A DNA stretch of 64,000 bases from NCBI GenBank assembly GCA_964016885.1, contig OZ024745.1:7068001-7132000 (forward strand). The letters are read 5' to 3'. This document shows positions 39,500 through 51,944 of the stretch, one piece after another (positions within the stretch are counted from its first letter, which is position 1; the number at the start of each line of letters is the position of its first letter). The stretch comes from Eledone cirrhosa. Taxonomy: Eukaryota. The notes below the pieces were generated by a model. That model ran no database searches and was not told the origin of the DNA. It was given only the letters and a program-made list of their open reading frames with translations. The translations under genes and the position numbers were made by a program.

Positions 39500-42400
39500 A
39501 ACGTCAGATAGAATGGTAGAGTGGTTAGAAGCTCAGATAGAATGGTAGAGTGGTTTGAACATCAGATAGAATGGTAGGGTGGTTAGAAGGTCAGATAGAA
39601 TGGTAGAGTTGTTAGAACGACTGATAGGATGGTAGAGTGGTTAGAAAGTCAGATAGAATGGTAGAGTGGTAGAACGTCAGATAGAATGGTAGAGTTGTTA
39701 GAACGTCTGATAGAATGGTAGAGTGGTTAGAACGTCAGATAGAATAGTAGAGTGGTTAGAACGTCAGATAGAATGGTACAGTCGTTAGAACGTCAGATAG
39801 GATAGTAGATTTGTAAGAACGTCAGATAGAGTGGTACAGCGGTTAGAACGTCAGATAGAATGGTAGACTGGTTAGAACGTCAGATAGAGTGGTAGAGTGG
39901 TTACAACGCCAGATGAAATGGTAGAGTCGTTAGAACTTCAGATAGAATGGTAGTGTTGTTAGAATGTCAGATAGAATGGTAGATTGGATAGAATGTCATG
40001 CATAGTGGTAGAGTGGTTAGAAGATCAGATAGAATGGTAGAGTCGTCAGAACGTCAGATAGAATGATAGAGTGGTTAGAACGTCAGATAGAATGGTAGAG
40101 TGGTTAGAACGTCGGATAAAATGGTAGAGTTGTTAGAACGTCGGATAAAATGGTAGAGTTGTTAGAACGTCAGATAGAACGGTAGGGTGGTTAGAACATC
40201 ACATAGAATGGTAAAGTGGTTAGAAGGTCAGATAGAATGGTAGAGTGGCTTGAACGTCAGATAGAATGGTAGAATGGTTAGAAGGTCAGATAGAATAGTA
40301 GAGAGGTTATAACGTCATATAGAATGGTAGAGTGGTTATAACGTTAGATAGAATGGTAGAGTGGTTAGAGCGTCAGATAGAATGGTAGTGTCGTTGGAAC
40401 GTCAGATTGAATGGTAGAGTGGTTATAACGTCAGATGGAAATGTAGAGTGGTTAGAACGTCAGATAGAAGGGTAGAGTGGTTAGAACGTCAGATAGAATG
40501 GTAGAGTCGTTAGAAGGTCAGCTAGAATGGTAGAGTGGTTAGAAGGTCAGATAGAATGGAGAGTGGTTAGAACGTCTGATAGAATGGTAGAGTGGTTAGA
40601 AAGTCAAATAGAATGGTAGAGTGGTAGAACGTCAGATAGAATGGTCCAGTGGTTAGAATTTCTGATAGAATGGTAGAGTGGTTAGAAAGTCAGATAGAAT
40701 GGTAGAGTGGTTAGAACGTCAGATAGAATGGTAGAGTGGCTAGGACGTCAGATAGAATGGTAGAGTGGTTAGAACGTCAGATAGAATGGTAGAGTAGTTA
40801 GAAGGTCAGATAGAATGGTAGAGTGGTTAAGACGTCAGATAGAATGGTAAAGTGGTTAGAAGGTCAGATAGAATGGTAGAGTTGTTAGAACGTCAGATAG
40901 AATGGTAGAGTGGTTAGAACGTCAGATAAAATGGTAGACTGGTTAAAACGTCAGATAGAATGGTAGTGTGGTTAGACGGTCAGATAGAATGGTAAAGTCG
41001 TTAGAACGTCAGATAGAATGGTAGAGGGGTTATAACGTCAGATAGAATGGTAGTGTTGTTAGAACGACAGAGAGAATTGTAGAGTGGTTATAACGTCAGA
41101 TAGAATGGTAGAGTGGTTATAACGTCAGATAGAATGGTAGAGTTGTTAGAACGTCAGATAGAATGGTAGAGGGGTTATAACGTCAGATAGAATGGTAGAG
41201 TGGTTAGAAAGACAGATAGAATGGTAGAGTGGTTAGAACGTCAGATAAAATGGTAGAGTGGTTAAAACGTCAGATAGAATGGTAGTGTGGTTAGAAGGTC
41301 AGATAGAATGGTAGAGTGGTTAGAACATCACATAGAATGGTAAAGTCGTTAGAACGTCAGATAGAATGGTAGAGGTGTTATAACGTCAGATAGAATGGTA
41401 GAGGGGTTATAACGTCAGATAGGATGGTAGTGTTGTTAGAACGTCAGAGAGAATTGTAGAGTGGTTATAACGTCAGATAGAATGGTAGAGTGGTTATAAC
41501 GTCAGATAGAATGGTAGAGTTGTTAGAACGTCAGATAGAATGGTAGAGGGGTTATAACGTCAGATAGAATGGTAGAGTGGTTAGAAAGTCACATAGCATG
41601 GTAGAGTGGTTAGAACGTCTGATAGAATGGTACAGTCGTTAGAAAGTCAGATGAAATGGTAGTGTCGTTAGAAACTCAGATAAAATGGTAGAGTGGTTAA
41701 AACGTCAGATAGAATGGTAGTGTGGTTAGACGGTCAGATAGAATGGTAGAGTGGTTAAAACGTCACATAGAATGGTAAAGTCGTTAGAACGTCAGATAGA
41801 ATGGTAGAGGTGTTATAACGTCAGATAGAATGGTAGAGGGGTGATAACGTCAGATAGAATTGTAGAGTGGTTATAACGTCAGATAGAATGGTAGAGTGGT
41901 TATAACGTCAGATAGAATAGTGAGTTTTTAGGAGGTCAGATAGAATCGTTGAGTTGTTAGAACATCAGATAGAATGGTAGAGTGGTTAGAACGTCAGATA
42001 GAATGGTAGAGTAGCTAGAAGGTCAGATAGAATGGTAGAGTGGTTAGAAGGTTAGATAGAAAGGTAGAGTGGTTAGAACGTCACATAGAATGGTAAAGTC
42101 GTTAGAACGCAGATAGAATGGTAGAGTTGTTATAACGTCAGATAGAATGGGAGAGTGGTTATAACGTCAGATAGAATGGTAGAGTCGTAAGAACGTCAGA
42201 TAGAATATTAGAGTGGTTACAACGTCACATAGAATGGTAAAGTCGTTAGAACGTCAGTTAGAATGGTAGAGTGGCTAGAACGACAGATAGAATGGTAGAG
42301 TGGTTAGAACGTAAGATAGAATGGTAGAATGGCTAGGACGTCAGATAGAATGGTAGAGTGGTTAGAACATCAAATAGAATGGTAGATTTGTTAGAACGTC

Positions 42401-45400
42401 AGATAGAATGGTAGATTCGTTAGAACGTCAGATAGACTGATAGAGTGGTTAGAACGTCAGATAGAATGGTAGAGTGGTTAGAACGTCAGATAGAATGGTA
42501 GAGTAGTTAGAAGGTCACAGAGAATGGTAGTGTTGTTGGAACGTCAGATAGAATGGTAGAGTGGTTTGAACGTCAGATAAAATGGTAGGGTGCTTATAAG
42601 GTCAGATAGAATGGTAGAGAGGTTTGAACGTCAGATAGAAAGGTAGGCTGGTTAGAAGGTCAGATAGAATGGTAGAGTGGTTAGAAGCTCAGATAGAATG
42701 GTAGAGTGGTTTGAACATCAGATAGAATGGTAGGGTGGTTAGAAGGTCAGATAGAATGGTAGAGTTGTTAGAACGACTGATAGGATGGTAGAGTGGTTAG
42801 AAAGTCAGATAGAATGGTAGAGTGGTAGAACGTCAGATAGAATGGTAGAGTTGTTAGAACGTCTGATAGAATGGTAGAGTGGTTAGAACGTCAGATAGAA
42901 TAGTAGAGTGGTTAGAACGTCAGATAGAATGGTACAGTCGTTAGAACGTCAGATAGGATAGTAGATTTGTAAGAACGTCAGATAGAGTGGTACAGCGGTT
43001 AGAACGTCAGATAGAATGGTAGACTGGTTAGAACGTCAGATAGAGTGGTAGAGTGGTTACAACGCCAGATGAAATGGTAGAGTCGTTAGAACTTCAGATA
43101 GAATGGTAGTGTTGTTAGAATGTCAGATAGAATGGTAGATTGGATAGAATGTCATGCATAGTGGTAGAGTGGTTAGAAGATCAGATAGAATGGTAGAGTC
43201 GTCAGAACGTCAGATAGAATGATAGAGTGGTTAGAACGTCAGATAGAATGGTAGAGTGGTTAGAACGTCGGATAAAATGGTAGAGTTGTTAGAACGTCGG
43301 ATAAAATGGTAGAGTTGTTAGAACGTCAGATAGAACGGTAGGGTGGTTAGAACATCACATAGAATGGTAAAGTGGTTAGAAGGTCAGATAGAATGGTAGA
43401 GTGGCTTGAACGTCAGATAGAATGGTAGAATGGTTAGAAGGTCAGATAGAATAGTAGAGAGGTTATAACGTCATATAGAATGGTAGAGTGGTTATAACGT
43501 TAGATAGAATGGTAGAGTGGTTAGAGCGTCAGATAGAATGGTAGTGTCGTTGGAACGTCAGATTGAATGGTAGAGTGGTTATAACGTCAGATGGAAATGT
43601 AGAGTGGTTAGAACGTCAGATAGAAGGGTAGAGTGGTTAGAACGTCAGATAGAATGGTAGAGTCGTTAGAAGGTCAGCTAGAATGGTAGAGTGGTTAGAA
43701 GGTCAGATAGAATGGAGAGTGGTTAGAACGTCTGATAGAATGGTAGAGTGGTTAGAAAGTCAAATAGAATGGTAGAGTGGTAGAACGTCAGATAGAATGG
43801 TCCAGTGGTTAGAATTTCTGATAGAATGGTAGAGTGGTTAGAAAGTCAGATAGAATGGTAGAGTGGTTAGAACGTCAGATAGAATGGTAGAGTGGCTAGG
43901 ACGTCAGATAGAATGGTAGAGTGGTTAGAACGTCAGATAGAATGGTAGAGTAGTTAGAAGGTCAGATAGAATGGTAGAGTGGTTAAGACGTCAGATAGAA
44001 TGGTAAAGTGGTTAGAAGGTCAGATAGAATGGTAGAGTTGTTAGAACGTCAGATAGAATGGTAGAGTGGTTAGAACGTCAGATAAAATGGTAGACTGGTT
44101 AAAACGTCAGATAGAATGGTAGTGTGGTTAGACGGTCAGATAGAATGGTAGAGTGGTTAGAACGTCACATAGAATGGTAAAGTCGTTAGAACGTCAGATA
44201 GAATGGTAGAGGGGTTATAACGTCAGATAGAATGGTAGTGTTGTTAGAACGACAGAGAGAATTGTAGAGTGGTTATAACGTCAGATAGAATGGTAGAGTG
44301 GTTATAACGTCAGATAGAATGGTAGAGTTGTTAGAACGTCAGATAGAATGGTAGAGGGGTTATAACGTCAGATAGAATGGTAGAGTGGTTAGAAAGACAG
44401 ATAGAATGGTAGAGTGGTTAGAACGTCAGATAAAATGGTAGAGTGGTTAAAACGTCAGATAGAATGGTAGTGTGGTTAGAAGGTCAGATAGAATGGTAGA
44501 GTGGTTAGAACATCACATAGAATGGTAAAGTCGTTAGAACGTCAGATAGAATGGTAGAGGTGTTATAACGTCAGATAGAATGGTAGAGGGGTTATAACGT
44601 CAGATAGGATGGTAGTGTTGTTAGAACGTCAGAGAGAATTGTAGAGTGGTTATAACGTCAGATAGAATGGTAGAGTGGTTATAACGTCAGATAGAATGGT
44701 AGAGTTGTTAGAACGTCAGATAGAATGGTAGAGGGGTTATAACGTCAGATAGAATGGTAGAGTGGTTAGAAAGTCACATAGCATGGTAGAGTGGTTAGAA
44801 CGTCTGATAGAATGGTACAGTCGTTAGAAAGTCAGATGAAATGGTAGTGTCGTTAGAAACTCAGATAAAATGGTAGAGTGGTTAAAACGTCAGATAGAAT
44901 GGTAGTGTGGTTAGACGGTCAGATAGAATGGTAGAGTGGTTAAAACGTCACATAGAATGGTAAAGTCGTTAGAACGTCAGATAGAATGGTAGAGGTGTTA
45001 TAACGTCAGATAGAATGGTAGAGGGGTGATAACGTCAGATAGAATTGTAGAGTGGTTATAACGTCAGATAGAATGGTAGAGTGGTTATAACGTCAGATAG
45101 AATAGTGAGTTTTTAGGAGGTCAGATAGAATCGTTGAGTTGTTAGAACATCAGATAGAATGGTAGAGTGGTTAGAACGTCAGATAGAATGGTAGAGTAGC
45201 TAGAAGGTCAGATAGAATGGTAGAGTGGTTAGAAGGTTAGATAGAAAGGTAGAGTGGTTAGAACGTCACATAGAATGGTAAAGTCGTTAGAACGCAGATA
45301 GAATGGTAGAGTTGTTATAACGTCAGATAGAATGGGAGAGTGGTTATAACGTCAGATAGAATGGTAGAGTCGTAAGAACGTCAGATAGAATATTAGAGTG

Positions 45401-45860
45401 GTTACAACGTCACATAGAATGGTAAAGTCGTTAGAACGTCAGTTAGAATGGTAGAGTGGCTAGAACGACAGATAGAATGGTAGAGTGGTTAGAACGTAAG
45501 ATAGAATGGTAGAATGGCTAGGACGTCAGATAGAATGGTAGAGTGGTTAGAACATCAAATAGAATGGTAGATTTGTTAGAACGTCAGATAGAATGGTAGA
45601 TTCGTTAGAACGTCAGATAGACTGATAGAGTGGTTAGAACGTCAGATAGAATGGTAGAGTGGTTAGAACGTCAGATAGAATGGTAGAGTAGTTAGAAGGT
45701 CACAGAGAATGGTAGTGTTGTTGGAACGTCAGATAGAATGGTAGAGTGGTTTGAACGTCAGATAAAATGGTAGGGTGCTTATAAGGTCAGATAGAATGGT
45801 AGAGAGGTTTGAACGTCAGATAGAAAGGTAGGCTGGTTAGAAGGTCAGATAGAATGGTAG
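39500..45860 (+). repeat. ~3.16-3.19-kb tandem duplication within the satellite
   Basis: AGCTCAG at 39530/42686 (offset 3156) and GTTTTTAGGAGG at 41924/45109 (offset 3185, one extra monomer). Confidence 0.88.
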
Positions 45861-48800
45861 AGTGGTTAGAACGTCAGATAGAATGGTAGAGTGGTTAGAA
45901 CGACAGATAGAATGATAGAGTTGTTAGAACCTCAGATAGAATGGTAGAGTGGTTAGAACATCAGATAAAATGGTAGAGTGGTTAAAACGTCAGATAGAAT
46001 GTTACAGTGGTTAGAAGGTCAGATAGAATGGTAGAGTGGTTAGAACGTCACATAGAATGGTAGAGTGGTTATAACGTCAGATAGAATGGTAGAGTTGTGA
46101 GAACGTCAGATAGAATGGTAGAGGGGTTATAACGTCAGATAGAATGGTAGAGTGGTTAGAAAGTCAGATAGAATGGTAGAGTGGTTAGAACGTCAGATAT
46201 GATAGTAGATTTGTTAGAACGTCAGATAGAGTGGTACAGTGGATAGAACGTCAGATAGAATTGTAGAGTGGTTAGAACGTCAGATGAAATGGTAGAGTCG
46301 TTAGAACCTCAGATAGAATGGTAGAGTGGTTAGAACGTCAGATAGAATGGTAGAGTTGTTAGAACGCCAGATAGAATGGTAGAGTGGTTAGAAGGTGAGA
46401 TAGAATGGTAGAGTTGTTGGAACGTCAGATAAAATGGTAGAGTGGTTAGAAGGTCAGATAGAATGGTAGAGTGGTTAAAACGTCAGATAGAATGGTAGAG
46501 TTGTTAGAACGTCAGATAGAATGGTAGAGTTGTTAGAACGTCAGATAGAATGGTAGAGTGGTTAGAACGTCAGATAGAATGGTAGTGTTGTTAGAACGTC
46601 AGATAGAATTGTAGAGTGGTTATAACGTCAGATAGAATGGTAGAGTGGTAATAACGTCAGATAGAATGGTAGAGTTATTAGACCATTAGATAGATTGGTG
46701 GAGGGGTTATAACGTCAGATAGAATGGTAGTGTGGTTAGAAAGTCAGATAGAATGGTAGAGTGGTTAGAACGTCAGATAGAATGGTAGAGTAGTTAGAAC
46801 GTCAGATAGGATAGTAGATTGGTTAGAACGTCAGATAGAGTGGTAGAGTGGTTAGAACGTCAGATGAAATGGTAGAACGGTAGAACATCAGATAGAATGG
46901 TAGAGTTGTTAGAATGTCAGATAGAATGGTAGATTGGATAAAAGGTCAGATAGAATAGTAGAGTGGCTAGAAGGTCAGATAGATTGGTAGAGTCGTCAGA
47001 CCGTCAGATAGACTGATAGAGTGGTTAGAACGTCAGATAGAATGGTAGAGTGGTTAGAACGTTAGATAGAATGGTAGAGTAGTTAGAAGGTCAGAGAGAA
47101 TGGTAGTGTTGTTGGAACGTCAGATAGAATGGTAGAGTGGTTTGAACGTCAGATAAAATGGTAGGGTGGTTATAAGGTCAGATAGAATGGTAGAGAGGTT
47201 TGAACGTCAGATAGAAAGGTAGAGTGGTTAGAACGTCAGATAGAATGGTAGAGTGGTTAGAACGTCAGATAGAATGGTAGAGTGGTTACAACGACAGATA
47301 GAATGATAGAGTTGTTAGAACGTCAGATAAAATGGTACAGTGGTTAGAACGTCAGATAGAATGGTAGAGTGGTTAGAACATCAAATAGAATGGTAGATTT
47401 GTTAGAATATCAGATATAAAGGGAGATTCGTTAGAACGTCAGATAGAATGCTAGCGTGGCTAGAACGTCAGATAGAACGGTAGAGTGGTTAGAACGTTAA
47501 ATATAATTGTAGAGTCGTTAGAATGTCACATAGAATGGTAGAGTGGTTAGAACGTCAGATAAATTGGTAGAGTCGTTAGAAATCAGAGAGAATGGTAGAT
47601 TGGTTAGAGCGTCAGATAGAATGGTAGGGTGGCTAGAAGGTCAGCTAGACTGGTAGTGTGGTTAGAACGTCAGATAGAATGGTTGAGTGGTTATGACGTC
47701 TGATAGAATGGTAGAGTGGTTATAACGTCAGATAGAATAGGAGAGGTGGTTAGAACGTCAGATAGAATGGTAGAGTTGTTAGAACGTCAGATAGAATGGT
47801 AGAGTGGTTACAACGCCTGATATAATGGTAGAGTGGTTAGAAGGTCACGTAGAATGGTAGAGTCGTTAGCAGGTCAGATAGAATGGTAGAGTGGTTAGGT
47901 CAGATAGAATGGAGAGTGGTTAGAACGTCTGATAGAATGTTAGAGTGGTTAGAAAGTCATATAGAATGGTATAGTGGTAGAACGTCACATAGAATGGTAC
48001 AGTGGTAAGAACGTCTGATAGAATGGTAGAGTGGTTAGAAAGTCAGATAGAATGGTAGAATGGTTAGAACGTCAGATAGAATGGTAGAGTGGCTAGGACG
48101 TCAGATAGAATGGTGAGTGGTTAGAACCTCAGATAGAATGGTAGAGTGGTTAGAAGGTCAGATAGAATGGTAGAGTGGTTAAAACGTCAGATAGAATGGT
48201 AAAGTGGTTAGAAGGTCAGATAGAATGGTAGAGTTGTTAGAACCTCAGATAGAATGGTAGAGTGGTTAGAACGTCAGATAAAATGGTAGAGTGGTTAAAA
48301 CGTCAAATAGAATGTTAGAGTGGTTAGAAGGTCAGATAGAATGGTAGAGTGGTTAGAACGTCACATACAATGGTAGAGTGGTTATAACGTCAGATAGAAT
48401 GGTAGAGTTGTTAGAACGTCAGATAGAATGGTAGAGGGGGTTATAACGTCAGATAGAATGGTAGAGTGGTTAGAAAGTCAGATAGAATGGTAGAGTGGTT
48501 AGAACGTCAGATATGATAGTAGATTTGTTAGAACGTCAGATAGAGTGGTACAGTGGATAGAACGTCAGATAGAATGGTAGATTTGTTAGAACGTCAGATA
48601 GAGTGGTAGAGTGGTTAGAACGTCAGATGAAATGGTAGAGTAGTTAGAAGGTCAGAGAGAATGGCAGTGTTGTTGGAACGTCAGATAGAATGGTAGAGTG
48701 GTTTGAACGTCAGATAAAATGGTAGGGTGGTTATAAGGTCAGATAGAATGGTAGAGAGGTTTGAACGTCAGATAGAAAGGTAGGGTGGTTAGAAGGTCAG

Positions 48801-51800
48801 ATAGAATGGTAGAGTGGTTAGAACGTCAGATAGAATGGTAGAGTGGTTAGAACGACTGATAGAATGATAGAGTTGTTAGAACGTCAGATAAAATGGTACA
48901 GTGGTTAGAACGTCAGATAGAATGGTAGAGTGGTTAGAACATCAAATAGAATGGTAGATTTGTTAGAACGTCAGATATAAAGGGAGATTCGTTAGAACGT
49001 CAGATAGAATGCTAGCGTGGCTAGAACGTCAGATAGAACGGTAGAGTGGTTAGAACGTTAAATATAATTGTAGAGTCGTTAGAACGTCACATAGAATGGT
49101 AGAGTGGTTAGAACGTCAGATAGAATGGTAGAGTCGTTAGAAATCAGATAGAATGGTAGAGTGGTTAGAGCGTCAGATAGAATGGTAGGGTGGCTAGAAG
49201 GTCAGCTAGACTGGTAGTGTGGTTAGAACGTCAGATAGAATGGTTGAGTGGTTATGACGTCTGATAGAATGTTAGAGTGGTTTTAAATTCAGATAGAATA
49301 GGAGAGGTGGTTAGAACGTCAGATAGAATGGTAGAGTAGTTAGAACGTCAGATAGAATGGTAGAGTGGTTACAACGCCTGATATAATGGTAGAGTGGTTA
49401 GAAGGTCAGATAGAATGGTAGAGTGGTTAGAACGTCAGATAGAATGGTAAAGTGGTTAGAACGTCAGATAGAATGGTAGAGTTGTTAGAACGCCAGATAG
49501 AATGGTAGAGTCGCTAGAATGTCAGACTGAGTGGTAGAGTGGTTAGGAGGTCAGATAGAATGGTAGAGTTGTTAGAAAGTCAGATAGAATTGTAGTGTTG
49601 TTAGACCGTCAGAGAGAATGGTAGAGTGGTTAAAACGTCAGATAGAATGCTAAAGTGGTTAGAAGGTCAGATAGAATGGTAGAGTTGTTAGAACGTCAGA
49701 TAGAATGGTTGAGTGGTTATGACGTCTGATAGAATGTTAGAGTGGTTTTAAATTCAGATAGAATAGGAGAGGTGGTTAGAACGTCAGATAGAATGGTAGA
49801 GTAGTTATAACGTCAGATAGAATGGTAGAGTGGTTAGAACGTATGATAGAGTGGTACAGTGGTTAGAACGTCAGATAGAATGGTAGAGTGGTTAGAACGT
49901 CAGATAGAATGGTAGAGTGGTTAGAATGTCAGATAGAATGGTAGATTGGATAGAAGGTCAGATAGAATGGTAGAGTTGTTAGAAAGTCAGATAGAATGGT
50001 AGAGTGGTTATAACGTCAGATAGAAAGGTAGAGTTGTTAGAACGTCAGATAGAATTGTAGAGTGGTTATAACGTCAGATAGAATGGTAGAGTGGTTAGAA
50101 GGTCAGAGAGAATGGTAGAGTGGTTAAAACGTCAGATAGAATGCTAAAGTGGTTAGAAGGTCAGATAGAATGGTTGAGTTGTTAGAACGTCAGATGGAAT
50201 GGTAGAGGAGTTAGAACGTCATATAGAATGGTAGAGTGGTTAGAAGGACAGAGAGAATGGTAGAGTGGTTAAAACGTCAGATAGAATGCTAAAGTGGTTA
50301 GAAGGTCAGATAGAATGGTAGAGTTGTTAGAACGTCAGATGAAATGGTAGAGGAGTTAGAACGTCAGATAAAATGGTAGAGTGGTTAAAGCGTCAGATAG
50401 AATGGTAGTGTGGTTAGAAGGTCAGATAGAATGGTACAGTGGTTAGAACGTCACATAGAATGGTAGATTTGTTATAACGTCAGATAGAATGGTAGAGGGG
50501 TTATAACGTCAGATAGAATGGTAGTGTTATTAGAACCTCAGATAGAATTGTAGAGTGGTTATAACGTCAGATAGAATGGTAGAGTGGTTAAAACGTCAGA
50601 TAGAATGGTAGAGTTGTTAGAACGTCAGATAGAATCGTACAGTCGTTAGAACGTCAGATAGGATAGTAGATTTGTTAGAACGTCAGATAGAGTGGTACAG
50701 TGTATAGAACGTCAGATAGAATGGTAGAGTGGTTAGAACGTCAGATAGAGTGGTAGAGTGGTTAGAACGTCAGATTAAATGGTAGAGTCGTTAGAAAGTC
50801 AGATAGAATGGTAGAGTTGTTAGAACGCCAGATAGAATGGTAGAGTGGTTAGAAGGTCAGATAGAATTGTAGAGTTGTTGGAACGTCAGATAAAATGGTA
50901 GAGTGGTTAGAAAGTCAGATAGAATGGTAGACTGGTTAGAACGTCAGATAGAATGGTAGAGTGTTTAGAATGTCAGATAGAATGGTAGAGTGGTTAAAAC
51001 GTCAGATTGAATGGTAGTGTGGTTAGAAGGTCAGATAGAATGGTAGTGTTGTTAGAACGTCAGATGGAATTGGAGAGTGGTTATAACGTCAGATACAATG
51101 GTAGAGTGGTTAGAAGGTCAGATAGAACGGTTGAGTTGTTAGAACGTCAGATAGAATGGTAGAGTGGTTAGAACGTCAGATAGAATGGTAGAGTAGCTAG
51201 AAGGTCAGCTCGAATGGTAGAGTGGTTAGAAGGTTAGATAGAAAGGTTGAGTGGTTAGAACGTCACATAGAATGGTAAAATCGTTAGAACATAAGATAGA
51301 ATGGTAGAGTTGTTATAACGTCAGATAGAATGGTAGAGGGGTTATAACGTCAGATAGAATGGTAGAGTTGTTAGAACGTCAGATAGAATGTTAGAGGGGT
51401 TATAACGTCAGATAGAATGGTAGAGTGGTTATAACGTGAGATAGAATGGTAGAGTGATTATAACGTCAGATAGAATGGTAGAGTTGTTAGAACGTCAGAT
51501 ACAATGGTAGAGTGGTTAGACAGTCAGATAGAATGGTAGAGTGGTTAGAACGTCACATAGAATGCTAAAGTCATTAGAACGTCAGATAGGATAGTAGATT
51601 TGTTAGAACGAAGGATAGAGTGGTACAGTGGTTAGAACGTCAGATAGAATGGTAGAGTGGTTAGAACGTCAGATAGAGTGGTAGAGTGGCTAGAACGACA
51701 TATAGAATGGTAGAGTGGTTAGAACGTAAGATAGAATGGTAGATTTGTTAGAACGACAGATAGAATGGTAGAGTGGTTAGAACGTCAGATAGAGTGGTAG

Positions 51801-51944
51801 AGTGGCTAGAACGACAGATAGAATGGTAGAGTGGTTAGAACGTAAGATAGAATGGTAGATTTGTTAGAACGTCAAATAGAATGATAGAGTGGTTAGAAGG
51901 TCAGATAGAATGGTAGAGTGGTTAGAACGTCAGATAGAATGGTA

